Shown here in pieces: positions 47,399 through 57,438 of a stretch of DNA of 64,000 bases. Below the pieces are notes generated by a model, which saw nothing but the letters and a program-made list of their open reading frames with translations, was not told where the DNA came from and searched no databases. The DNA is taken from contig JAHLWZ010000702.1 of NCBI GenBank assembly GCA_020536535.1, forward strand, positions 80,772 to 144,771, read 5' to 3'. A program made the translations under genes and the position numbers. Numbering within the stretch: position 1 is the first letter of the stretch; each line of letters begins with the position of its first letter. Origin of the DNA: Pelomyxa schiedti. Lineage: Eukaryota > Protista > Evosea.

Positions 47399-48532
47399 AT
47401 GAGAGGCGGTGCTGTAGCGATATTTGTTTTTGGTTATGCGGTTCTTGTGGCGGAAGGCAGTGTGCACGTTATGAGCTACAACATGAAAAGCGGTTATGGG
47501 ATGGACGGCGTTTTTGACCTCTCGCGCACTGCCGAGGTCATTAATTCCATCTCGCCTGATTTTGTTGGATTGCAGGAGGTAGATAACAAAACAACAAGGT
47601 AGGTTTGGTTGCTGTTTATTGTATGTGTTGATGAAGGAAGATTGACTGGTTTGAAGGGCGCCTGTCGATGAGCCCTACGAACTGGGAAAAGCCACAGGAA
47701 TGTATCCCACTTATGGAAAGATGCGAGATTACGAGGGTAAATATACCTGTCTTTGATTCCTTTGGGAAACCACTTCAGGGGGAGGATATGGAATTCTCAT
47801 ACTGAGTAAGAAAAATCCAATTGAAACTCGTACTTTCTACTATCACAATCCCGACTTGGTCAATCAAGTAAAAAATGACATCTTTCCTGAGTGGATAGCA
47901 ATTCATGTGGTGCTGTACAGACACGTAACTGCAGTGGAGATCCGCAGGATGATGACTATTGTCAAGGGGCCATAGCAGTGCTTCTTCCATACAACGATGG
48001 TTTAAAAATTACGCCCTGAATGGTAAAATGAATCATCCACAGAGCAAAAAGTTTGGTTTGTAACAACACATATTGGATTGTATGATATGGAGGAAAATGA
48101 AGGTAGTCTCCCTGTTCATGTCGCACATTCTCAACAACCGTAGTCACAGAGCTACTCTCAGAGTTTATTCCTACTCTCACCGGTTCTGATGAGATAATAG
48201 TTACGGGTAGCGGAGTTTTGATTTACGTACATTTTGATGGCTAAAAATCGATAGGGGATTTCAACACAACTCCTGATACTCCACCTTACAATATTATGAT
48301 AACTGGTGGATTCCACGATTTGTGGTTAACATGCGGATCAGGAAATGGCTACACGTGTGCCCCCATCTAGCTGGCATCCAACTCAAGTTTTTCATTTAGA
48401 TTTGACTCTGATGGTCCCTATGAGCGCATTGACTTTATTTTTTCAAGAAGCACCTACACCACTTGCACTAAAATGAAAGTCACTACAACACAAGCATCAG
48501 ACCACCTTCCTGTTGATGCCATTATGGATTGA
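47399..48532 (+). CDS. secreted endonuclease/exonuclease/phosphatase (EEP) family protein
   Basis: Signal peptide; VMSYN, DFVGLQEVD, GDFN, RIDFIF, ASDHLPV. Confidence 0.9.
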
Positions 48533-48545
48533 AGAGAACATTTTT

Positions 48546-49736
48546 TTATACAAAAATTCTTTGTGGGCCTGTGACATCAGTATTCACAAATTCAGAGGTT
48601 GAACCAACAACATAGAGCCGGTAGCCATAGACCAAGCCAAATGCAGCATTGAGCCACACCTTCACTGTGAATTGTTCACCTTGTTTAGCTCTCAGTTGTG
48701 CCCAGCTGATGTAACTGAGTGCTGATAGACTGTTGGTAACATTGAATGAACCACCAGTGGCACTGAAAGCGTAGGAATTCAGCTGGTTAATGGGCACTAC
48801 CGTTATGATCACCACTTGTTCCTGCTTGGAGGTGAATGGATATGTACTTCTCTCTGGGTGACTAGAGTCATACGTTCCTAAAAGTAATTTTTAGTCGCGG
48901 AGTGTAAAGAAAGGTCATCACCTTCAACCATGAAAGAGGTATCCTGATCCTTAAAAGAGGCAGCAAATGGCTGGGTGTAAAATTCGTAAAGTTCAAACGT
49001 GCGGTTATAAGTTTCATTGTAAGGCGCATCAATCGTGCGATGAACATTCCCGTCCACATCAACGTACTAGATAGAATTATTGGTCAAATATAAGAACAAC
49101 CATGTAATTACAAAACAAAATACAAGAAATTAGGTGAGCACAAACCTGGCCATTTTGGTTTGCCAAATAACCATGAGCGCCAACCGGACCCAGGGGACCC
49201 AAGGGCCCCAGTGGCCCCGTGGGCCCAAACGGCCCCAAAACACCCCATATTCCCGCAGGCAGCAGGTGGTGCGAGTAGTCGTTCATGCACGGCAGCGAGC
49301 AGTATATGGACTGGTAGGTCAGCGGGCCGGCGTCGCTCAGCGGGCCCCCGAGCCCCAGCGGCCCGTCTAACATGCACCAGTCCGCCCACATGTCCCACGA
49401 CGCAAACCCCCCGCTGATCCAGTAGCTTGGGTTCCACGTGTTGTTTCCTACGGGGCCCAGGAGGCCGAGGGGGCCCCAGGGTCCCACTGGCCCGTAGTAC
49501 CCTAGGCAGCTGGTGGGCAGGAGGTACATAGAGGACCCAGGAGGCGTGATCACCACCGGGCTGGCTTGCACAAGTATGAAGGGATTGAGGACCGTAGTGT
49601 CTGCTGTCTGGTACCACAGCTTCCCCGGGTCTGTGCTGGGCACCGCCTCACAGTAGGAGTAACAACCCGACACCCCTTGCGCCCAAGAGCTCGAACCAAA
49701 CGCCGCCAACACGACGAATACAGCTCCCCACAGCAT
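48546..49736 (-). CDS. secreted protein with GPLG/GPxG repeats
   Basis: Signal peptide MLWGAVFVVLAAFGSSSWA; GPVGPWGPLGLLGPVG and GPFGPTGPLGPLGPLGPVG; beta-rich C-terminal exons. Confidence 0.8.
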
Positions 49737-49843
49737 TGCGTGATTGTGCACAATCAAACGCAGAGAATTTCTTCTGAAAATCTCGACATTTCGAAGAGCC
49801 ATCATCATCGACCCCTGTGCTCAAGGAAATTTTGAATTCCTGT

Positions 49844-50821
49844 ATGGATCCGGAACTGCGAATCGTCGTGAATGTTGATGCCCGGTTGCAGTTTGTCGCC
49901 TTTGGTGTGGGCACGTTGGTGCGTTGTGGAGTAGGGAGCCCGGTGCGTTTGTTGTCACAGCAGTTTCTATCCGAGTTCGGCAAGGGTTGGATCGTAAGCG
50001 TTGCTAAATCAGCTGCTGTGAGAATCAAGAGGGCACCGGGTAACTTTGCACGACCGGTGTCAGACTCAGTAGACACCGACGTTGTTTTCTATGTGTCTCC
50101 GACTTTGGGTCTAGTCGAGAACCCTGTGGTGTTCCATGACGAAGAATTTGTTGGATGGATTAGTGGGGGCCACCGGTGGGCCCTGGTGAAAAGGATTGTA
50201 GCTACTCCGTCTAACGCTCTTTGTGTGAGAGATTTGAGTAGCGGAACAGTGCAGACACTCATGGATAGATTCCTGGTGTTCTATACTGTCACTTGCAACA
50301 GACACTGGGTGATTGTTAATACGCCGTATGGTGCGATGCATATTTGGAATGTTGCGAGGATGGATGATGGAAAACAACCAAGTTATTCTGAAGTTCAAGT
50401 CAGTTGGCAGATATCTCAGATCAACTTCCTTTCTGATGACTCTTTTGTTGCCCTGGATTTCCATGGTGATCACTATACAGCTGAGTCTGTTGATTTGCTG
50501 GCCACACATTCTACTTCAACCCTCTGTTCGGTATTCTCGAAAGCCGTGACGGTTCCTTCTCACATAGGCTCTGCAATGCCACAAGTTCGATTATGCAATG
50601 GGTTGCCGTATGTGACTTCCAACAAAGTCACCATGTGCCTGACTTCTGGGGAGAAAGTTGATTTGCCTCCAAGTGCTTTACATACGTCTGCAAGATATAT
50701 TGCACAAAGGTTGTGCCACACAAATGAACAACAAACAGGCATTGGGATATTTGATGACGCTTCCAAGGTTCTTCTTTTCGAAGTACAAACTGACCAGCAG
50801 TGTTTTGTCAGCATTTTTTAA
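49844..50821 (+). CDS. hypothetical lineage-expanded family protein, intronless
   Basis: DARLQFVAFGVGTLVRCGVGSPVRLL, VSPTLGLV, CNRHWVIV, similar to 46115..47378. Confidence 0.7.
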   Translation: MDPELRIVVNVDARLQFVAFGVGTLVRCGVGSPVRLLSQQFLSEFGKGWIVSVAKSAAVRIKRAPGNFARPVSDSVDTDVVFYVSPTLGLVENPVVFHDEEFVGWISGGHRWALVKRIVATPSNALCVRDLSSGTVQTLMDRFLVFYTVTCNRHWVIVNTPYGAMHIWNVARMDDGKQPSYSEVQVSWQISQINFLSDDSFVALDFHGDHYTAESVDLLATHSTSTLCSVFSKAVTVPSHIGSAMPQVRLCNGLPYVTSNKVTMCLTSGEKVDLPPSALHTSARYIAQRLCHTNEQQTGIGIFDDASKVLLFEVQTDQQCFVSIF

Positions 50822-51014
50822 AACAGGAGGTGCTGCTCCTCCCGATCAAACAATGTAAATGCTAAATCGGGTTTTTTGGGGTAACAGAACACAAGAAGCC
50901 AAACCGGTTTCTCTTCTTGTGTTCTGGAGATTCTTCTGGTAACTAGAAGAATCGATTTATAAGGTGACGAAAGCCAGCAAGCACAAACACAAACACTAAA
51001 TTAAATAACAAATC

Positions 51015-52528
51015 ATGAGCACTGCAAGTTCCGCTGCGGCAACTAGTTCTTCGACGGAACCTCCCCATGTCGAGGAAGCTTGTTGCACTGCTTGCAACAA
51101 ACCATTTGGTTGGTTTGTGTGGAGGTTGGTTTTTTTTTTTAATCCTCTCACTCAATGGCACACGCAGGAAGGAGTGCGGAGTTTGTCACAAAGGATTTTG
51201 TAGTAGTTGCTTTACGAATGCTATTGTTCCGGAGGGTGGTGTTGGTCTAAACAGTATAGTGGAAGTATGCAAGACTTGTTTCAAGTCACAAAGTTCCCTG
51301 GATCACACTCGTGACTTCTACTATAGCGGTCCTGCAGATAAGCCAGGTCTTCTTTATCTTATCGTAGTGATTATTAAACCATGCGTAGGGGCACCTACTC
51401 TGTTGTTTGTTCACGGTGGCGGAAGCTGCAGGAATGTGTTTCTTCCACAGACAAGAGCCCTATGTGCAGATTTTCACTGCTATTCAATTGACCTCCCAGG
51501 GCATGGAGGGCTTATGGACTCTGTAAGTTTTTCAGTTTAAATTTCATGATACTCTATGATCTTACTTCTTTCTAGCCTCTTACACTTGCTTCTGCCACAA
51601 ACAGGGTGGCACAATTTGTCCATGATCACCTTGCCGGAAAGCGGGTGATTTACATTGGCCACAGTATGGGTGGATACTTAGGAATGCATATCATTGGAGA
51701 ACACCCTGATCTCTTTGCTGGCGCAATAATCTGTGGAGCAGGTAAATGCCAAAGCCCCAAGCAATTGAAGTCCAATATATCTGATAGGTCAAAATGTTGG
51801 GCCTAGTGCTGGCATTGCAGCAAAACTCGGGTTGATGCTTATATCGGGAGCAACTCATGTGGTTTCCAGGAAGACACTTGTTGAACAGACCGTTAAGTCG
51901 CTTGACTCTCCCCATATTCCAAGGGAGTTGATAGATGAGTGCTGTTTGCGGTGCGGGCTCTTCTTTGATTCTTCTGAAGGCCAGATCGAGGTTAAAACCT
52001 TTCTGGTGCCAACCTGCCTGTTTTACCTTACCTTTTCCTGTTCAGATCCTGAGAGCAATCAATCCTACCGCGCAACTGCCCAAATTTCCGGGGCCAATAT
52101 TGTTCATCAATGGTGGACTCGATCACCACGACTCCCAAGACCTTTGGCTCAGTGCTTCCAAGGTGAGCAACCAGTCTTATTAATCAAATCAAGTCAAAGA
52201 GAGGAAATAATAACGCCCTCCCCCTCTCCTCTACGTACAGCACGGATCCCTATGGGTTTACGCTGACGGAAACCACGTTTTCCCCTGCGATAAGAGATTC
52301 ATGGACGACTTCCACCAGAGGATCAGGAATTTCACCAACGAAGTGTTTGGAATTCACACCGCAGCTACTGATCCAGTCTCTCCAGCAGAGCCCACCCCCT
52401 CTCCATCAACATCCACAACAACCTCATCAACACCCGCGGCCACAACGGAATCGACCTCGACTTCCGCGACTAATACTACATCTACTTCGGCGACCTCTCC
52501 CTCCACGACGGCGGCCACAGATATCTGA
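51015..52528 (+). CDS. FYVE-like zinc finger + alpha/beta hydrolase
   Basis: CTAC..FGWFVWR|KECGVC..FCSSC..VCKTC; FVHGGG, IDLPGHG, GHSMGG, FINGGLD, GNHVF; S/T-rich tail. Confidence 0.85.
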
Positions 52529-52626
52529 CGGCTAGTGGACTTTACCAACAAAATTGAAGATGGAGTTTTTCACTCGGAAGTTTTTTGTCTGTGTCTTGTC
52601 TTCTCTCCATCAGATCGTTCGCTGAA

Positions 52627-54084
52627 ATGATGTCTGCATCAGCGGGAAGCGCGTCTGGTGGGGGGCGTAACGTCGTTTTTGTGGGGCAAGTGCCCGAGAC
52701 TGCAACGGAAGCTGATTTGAGGGCTCTGTTTGGGACCTACGGAGGCGTTGTTAGCGTCAGGCTTGAGCGCCGATCCGACAGGAAGCCCTTCGCCCATGTG
52801 CAGTACGATTCTCGCTTCTGTCTTCGTCTTGCCTCCCATGTCCCACAATTTGAAAACCCCGGGCTTGCTTGTCTATGTTTTTGATAGTATTCTGCTCGCA
52901 GGTTTGAGTGTGAAGAAAATGCAACAGGATCTGTGGTCTTGGATGGCACTGTAATTAAAGGATTTGAGGAGAGTGGCCCCATCAGAGTTGGGCTTGTGAA
53001 ATCTCATAAGACTGAAACAGGGTCACCGGTGCGCTTTCTGATCAAAATCTTACTAAATCATCTCCAGATTATGATAAAGTGCCGTTTTGGTGTTATGTTT
53101 GGTTTACAGTTGAACGAGTTTTTGTAATTCACAGTCTAAAAGGTGAGACTTGTTGATAAGGCTACCAAAATACCTGTTGCTGTTGTGCTTGTGGGCCCAC
53201 AGTGGCCCAGCAATGTTGGGGCAGTTGCAAGATTGTGTAATGTCTTCAACATCGCCTCTCCACTCATTATCGTCAAGGTAACATTTGAAGTGGGGATTGG
53301 GCAGTATGATGTCGAAACAAACATATTTGTAAGCCTGAATGCGACATCCATGAAACTGAGGCACAACTTGCAGCCACACATGGCCAGTGGTATCTCGATA
53401 ATGCACTTGTGTGCAATGCTCTATCTGAGGTTAGAACCCATTGCGGCTTATTAGCAGCATTCAGTGCTCGGTATTGCCCTCCCGAAGAAAAACTTTCTAA
53501 CTTTTTTCCCAGTAAATCGAAGAGAAGAATTTCGTCGTGTGCAACTGTGGCCGATTTTACCCGGAACATAGCCCTACCACTTATTCAATCCCCCCAGAAC
53601 TGCACAGCACCGGTTGCCCTCATATTTGGTAGGGAATCTGATGGTCTCACAAAGCAAGAACTATCTGACTGTGACCTCATTGTAACGTGGGAGTCCCCTC
53701 TCCCAGCCAAAACTTGACTTTTGTCTGTGAATAGAATTCCCATACAAAGCCCAAATCCGGTGCTTAACCTCAGTCATGCTGTATCAATCGCCCTGTATGA
53801 GGTGGAAAGAAATATGCACAGTGAGCAGTGCACAACTTCCACGGTACACCATGTACCGTCTGCTAGCTACCCTAACAACCACTTCCCAGAGCAACGCTGC
53901 ACCACCAGAGCAGGTTAATAACACTGTGGCACTGTGGAGCAGCCTAACCACATGTGATCCCAGACCCAATCCCTCTAGGGCTGCGTTACATAATATACTA
54001 CTTAGAGCAGCACCTTCCTCTGAAGAAATGCGGGCCATAATGGATGCCTTGCACGCTTTGCAAGCAAAATCCTCAAAAGAATGA
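52627..54084 (+). CDS. RRM + TrmJ/LasT-type SPOUT RNA methyltransferase
   Basis: RNP2 VFVGQV, RNP1 KPFAHVQF; VVLVGPQWPSNVGAVARLC, ALIFGRESDGL, LNLSHAVSIALYE; helical C-terminus EEMRAIMDAL. Confidence 0.85.
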
Positions 54085-54136
54085 TGTTTGTCTTTTTTCG
54101 GCCACATAAGATCAGAATATCTGACAAAAATTGTAT

Positions 54137-55778
54137 TTATTCGTTTCCCTTCCCGTCAGTTCCAGAAAGTGCCACTGTTGTTGGGTTGTGTTCTGGCTGT
54201 GGGGGTGCCGGTTCTGGTTCATAGTACAAAAGCGTAGCATCCTGAGATACTCGGGTGACATGAGGGTCAGACCCAATTTGAGTCCATAATGGAGTAAGGT
54301 CAATTCTTTCTACTTTTGGTATGCATCCCTCATAGTCATTTGGGCGGTCACTCATGGAATCAAAGAAGAAGTATTTGGCATGATCATGTGAGTACCACAC
54401 CACTGTGTAAGTGACCCAATGACTCAAGCCAATGCATTGTATGGCAATCAGTCTGTAGGAGTGAGAGGTCCCTGTTTGTGTTCTTATCCGTATTCGTTGT
54501 TCAAAGCGTCCTGTGGAGTGGTGCTTGTTGCTATATCGCGGTAGTTTCAAAATGATCGCAGGCGGTTGTTTGGAGAAAGTCATTTTTTCCTCATCAAGTG
54601 TGTGTTGAAGGCTGTCCTCAATAGTGTGGTTCCCTTGGTCCGGCTGCGGAAGAAGCTGAATGACATTGAGTGTTGTTATCCCACTTGGAGATGTAAATTC
54701 TTGAAGTTCTGTCCCACCGAAGGTTGGTATCAAAAAACTGAGAAGCTGATACAATACTTAATAAGTATCAAACCGCAAAGAAAGAGTAATCTCACCTCTT
54801 CAGGGTCCTGCTCTGAACAAGTTGACAAGAAGTCACAATCACCGAATAATGGCGATATCAAACGGCGGAATAAGATTGTGTAAGCACGTGGGACGTAGTC
54901 CTTTGTTCGCAGATTGTACACAATTGTTCGCAAAACTTCGTGTGCACTGTAAAGAAGATGTGAAAAGGAAGCGTTCCAGATTATATATTGTTTACGGTGA
55001 ATCGTCGTCCAGAATCCAGTCAAATATTTTCGTGAAAGCAAACATGGAAAAAAGGGTCGAGTCTAGATAGCAAGAATTGTTCTCTCCCTGTTAAGTTGTC
55101 CCACCGCATAAGGAACACAACAAATAGGAAACAAAGGTCTACCTGAATTCCACGCTGTACACCCGGGTTAACCTCGCACAAAGTAGCTCGAGCGTTTGTC
55201 AATCTTCACACAAAAGTTCATTGGAGTGGAACTCGAAATAAAACAAGAAAGCACACGCACTCCAGTCTAGGGTCATATGGCTCCACGTCGTCAGCAGTCA
55301 AAACCCAAGCACGCCTCAGTGCCACAGCCACAAATAGACCATTCCCCCCCTCCTTGCCTCTCCCGTTGCTGCCGCTGCTGCTATCACCATGTTGTTGTTG
55401 CTGTTGATGATGATGATGGCCAACCAGAATGGACCCCCGTGGCACCGGCGTGTCCCCGAAATGTAGCATCCTGGGCTTGGTGACCACCAGCTTCCACGTG
55501 CACCAACTTGGCGCAGAATCCTTCGCCCTCGGTATCGGCGCCTCTGCCACTGCCGCTGGTGTCGGGGATGAACAAGAGGGGCCACTGCTACTACTAGCAG
55601 TGGTGGTGGTGGTACTACTACTACTAGTACTTGTGGTGGTGGTGGATGTGGTGGACTCTGGGGGCGGCGCAGCGGCGTCGGAGCGAGAGGGGACTCCAAG
55701 ATCGTGTGTGGCTCTTCCCTCGTCCTCGACGCCCATGGGCACTTCCCCGGTGCTGCTTGTCTCTTCCCCGGGCTTCAT
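54137..55778 (-). CDS. CYLD-like USP deubiquitinase
   Basis: RGIQ|GENNSCYLDSTLFSMF, IVYNLR, EQDPEE, ILKLPRY, SHWVTY, FFDSMSDR. Confidence 0.85.
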
Positions 55779-55945
55779 TGCTATCAGATCTGTTCCAAGG
55801 ATCCACTCTGGCAATTGCCTCTTAGGTGCTCTAAGGTACAAGGGCAATACTTGCTTGCATAGAGAAAACCAGCACAAGATTACCTTTTCAGTAATGGTGT
55901 ACACATCTCTGAGAGTAAAAAGATAAAAATTGTTGGTGGTGGGGA

Positions 55946-57162
55946 ATGGCGTCGTTCCGTACAGCGGGATTCAACGGTTACTCTGTGTGAACAATGATGC
56001 CTCACAGTTGGAGTTGTGACTTTTTTTCGTAGGTTTCTTTTAGCCCGTTTGAGGACAACCTCCTTGCGTGTGCTGCATCTCAACACTTTGGCATTGTGGG
56101 AAATGGCAAGTTGTTTATTTTTGCGCAGGGACCAGATTTGAGGCTGTTATCCAGGTTTCAATGGACAAAATGACTTGAACCATAACTCATTTCGGCTATA
56201 GCTACGGTACACAGGATGCGATGTACGATTGTACCTGGAGCGAACAAAACCACGATAACATTGTCACTGCATGTGGTGACGGCAGTGTGAAGTTATGGGA
56301 TATAAAAATTCAGGTAGCTACCGCTCTAATTTCACTTGAAAGGAAACTTCCCTCACATACCTCAGGCAAGACCTATTCGCAGTTACCATGAACATAGCAG
56401 AGAAGTTGTTGGAGTACATTGGAATCTTGTAGAGAAAAGCACGTTTTTATCTGCGTCGTGGGATGACACAGTCAAATTGGTATGCTCTCTCCATGTTACT
56501 TATGATGTGACACCCTTTTCAGTGGACTCCAGAACGCCAGCAATCCATTTGCACTTTCCGAGAGCACCATAATTGTGTCTACGGCGCTGTGTGGTCCCCT
56601 TATCATCCCACAACTTTTGCAACTGCTGCAGGTGACGGTACAGTAAAAGTATGGGATGCTAAGGCTCCCAACGCAAGTGCCATAACACTATCAGGGCATC
56701 TCAACGAAGTGTTGTCTTGTGATTGGAACAAGGTTAATAACTTTGTGTTTGAAACATTTCTCATTCACTCTAGTACAACCCAAATATTCTGGTCAGTGGT
56801 TCTGTTGACAAGTCCATCCGCGTATGGGATGTCAGACAACCCCAAAGAGAAATGCTCTGCCTCACTGGTCACACTTTTGCTGTGCGTAGAGTAAAATGCT
56901 CTCCTTTTGCTGAAAATGTGATTGCCTCTTGTGGTTATGATATCACTATGAGGTAATTTTTATACCTCTATTCCCCTTTTTAACATAGTGCAGAGTCTGG
57001 GACCTTGTGCAAGGCAAAGGTGTCTGTTTGAGTGTACTCGACCAAATTCACACTGAATTTGTTGTTGGTCTGGACTGGAGTTTGCATGCACAAAACCAAA
57101 TTGCCACTTGCTCCTGGGATGAAAACGTTTTGGTATTCGTTCCCGACTGCTTGAAGGCCTAA
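55946..57162 (+). CDS. PEX7: peroxisomal PTS2 receptor Pex7 (WD40)
   Basis: [11 protein letters not shown]|[41 protein letters not shown]|[20 protein letters not shown]. Confidence 0.95.
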
Positions 57163-57438
57163 CCGTACCGCAACAAGCAAAAAAACCATCAACAATCAAC
57201 GTTGAGTACTCCATGTCATGTTGGTTTTTTATCTCCTAAGGAGACTAGTGGTTGCAACTGTCACTGACATCAGGTTTTAGTGAAAAGCCCAATTTGGGGG
57301 GTGCCTTTTTGTTTCGCGGACTAGATTTGGGAGTTACCAACGGAGAAAAGGCTACCGAAAAATCGACAGATTTTTAAAACATCGCTTTTTTTCCTTTTTT
57401 CCAAAGTAAATAAAAAACAGTCTCCCCGAACAGGCACC

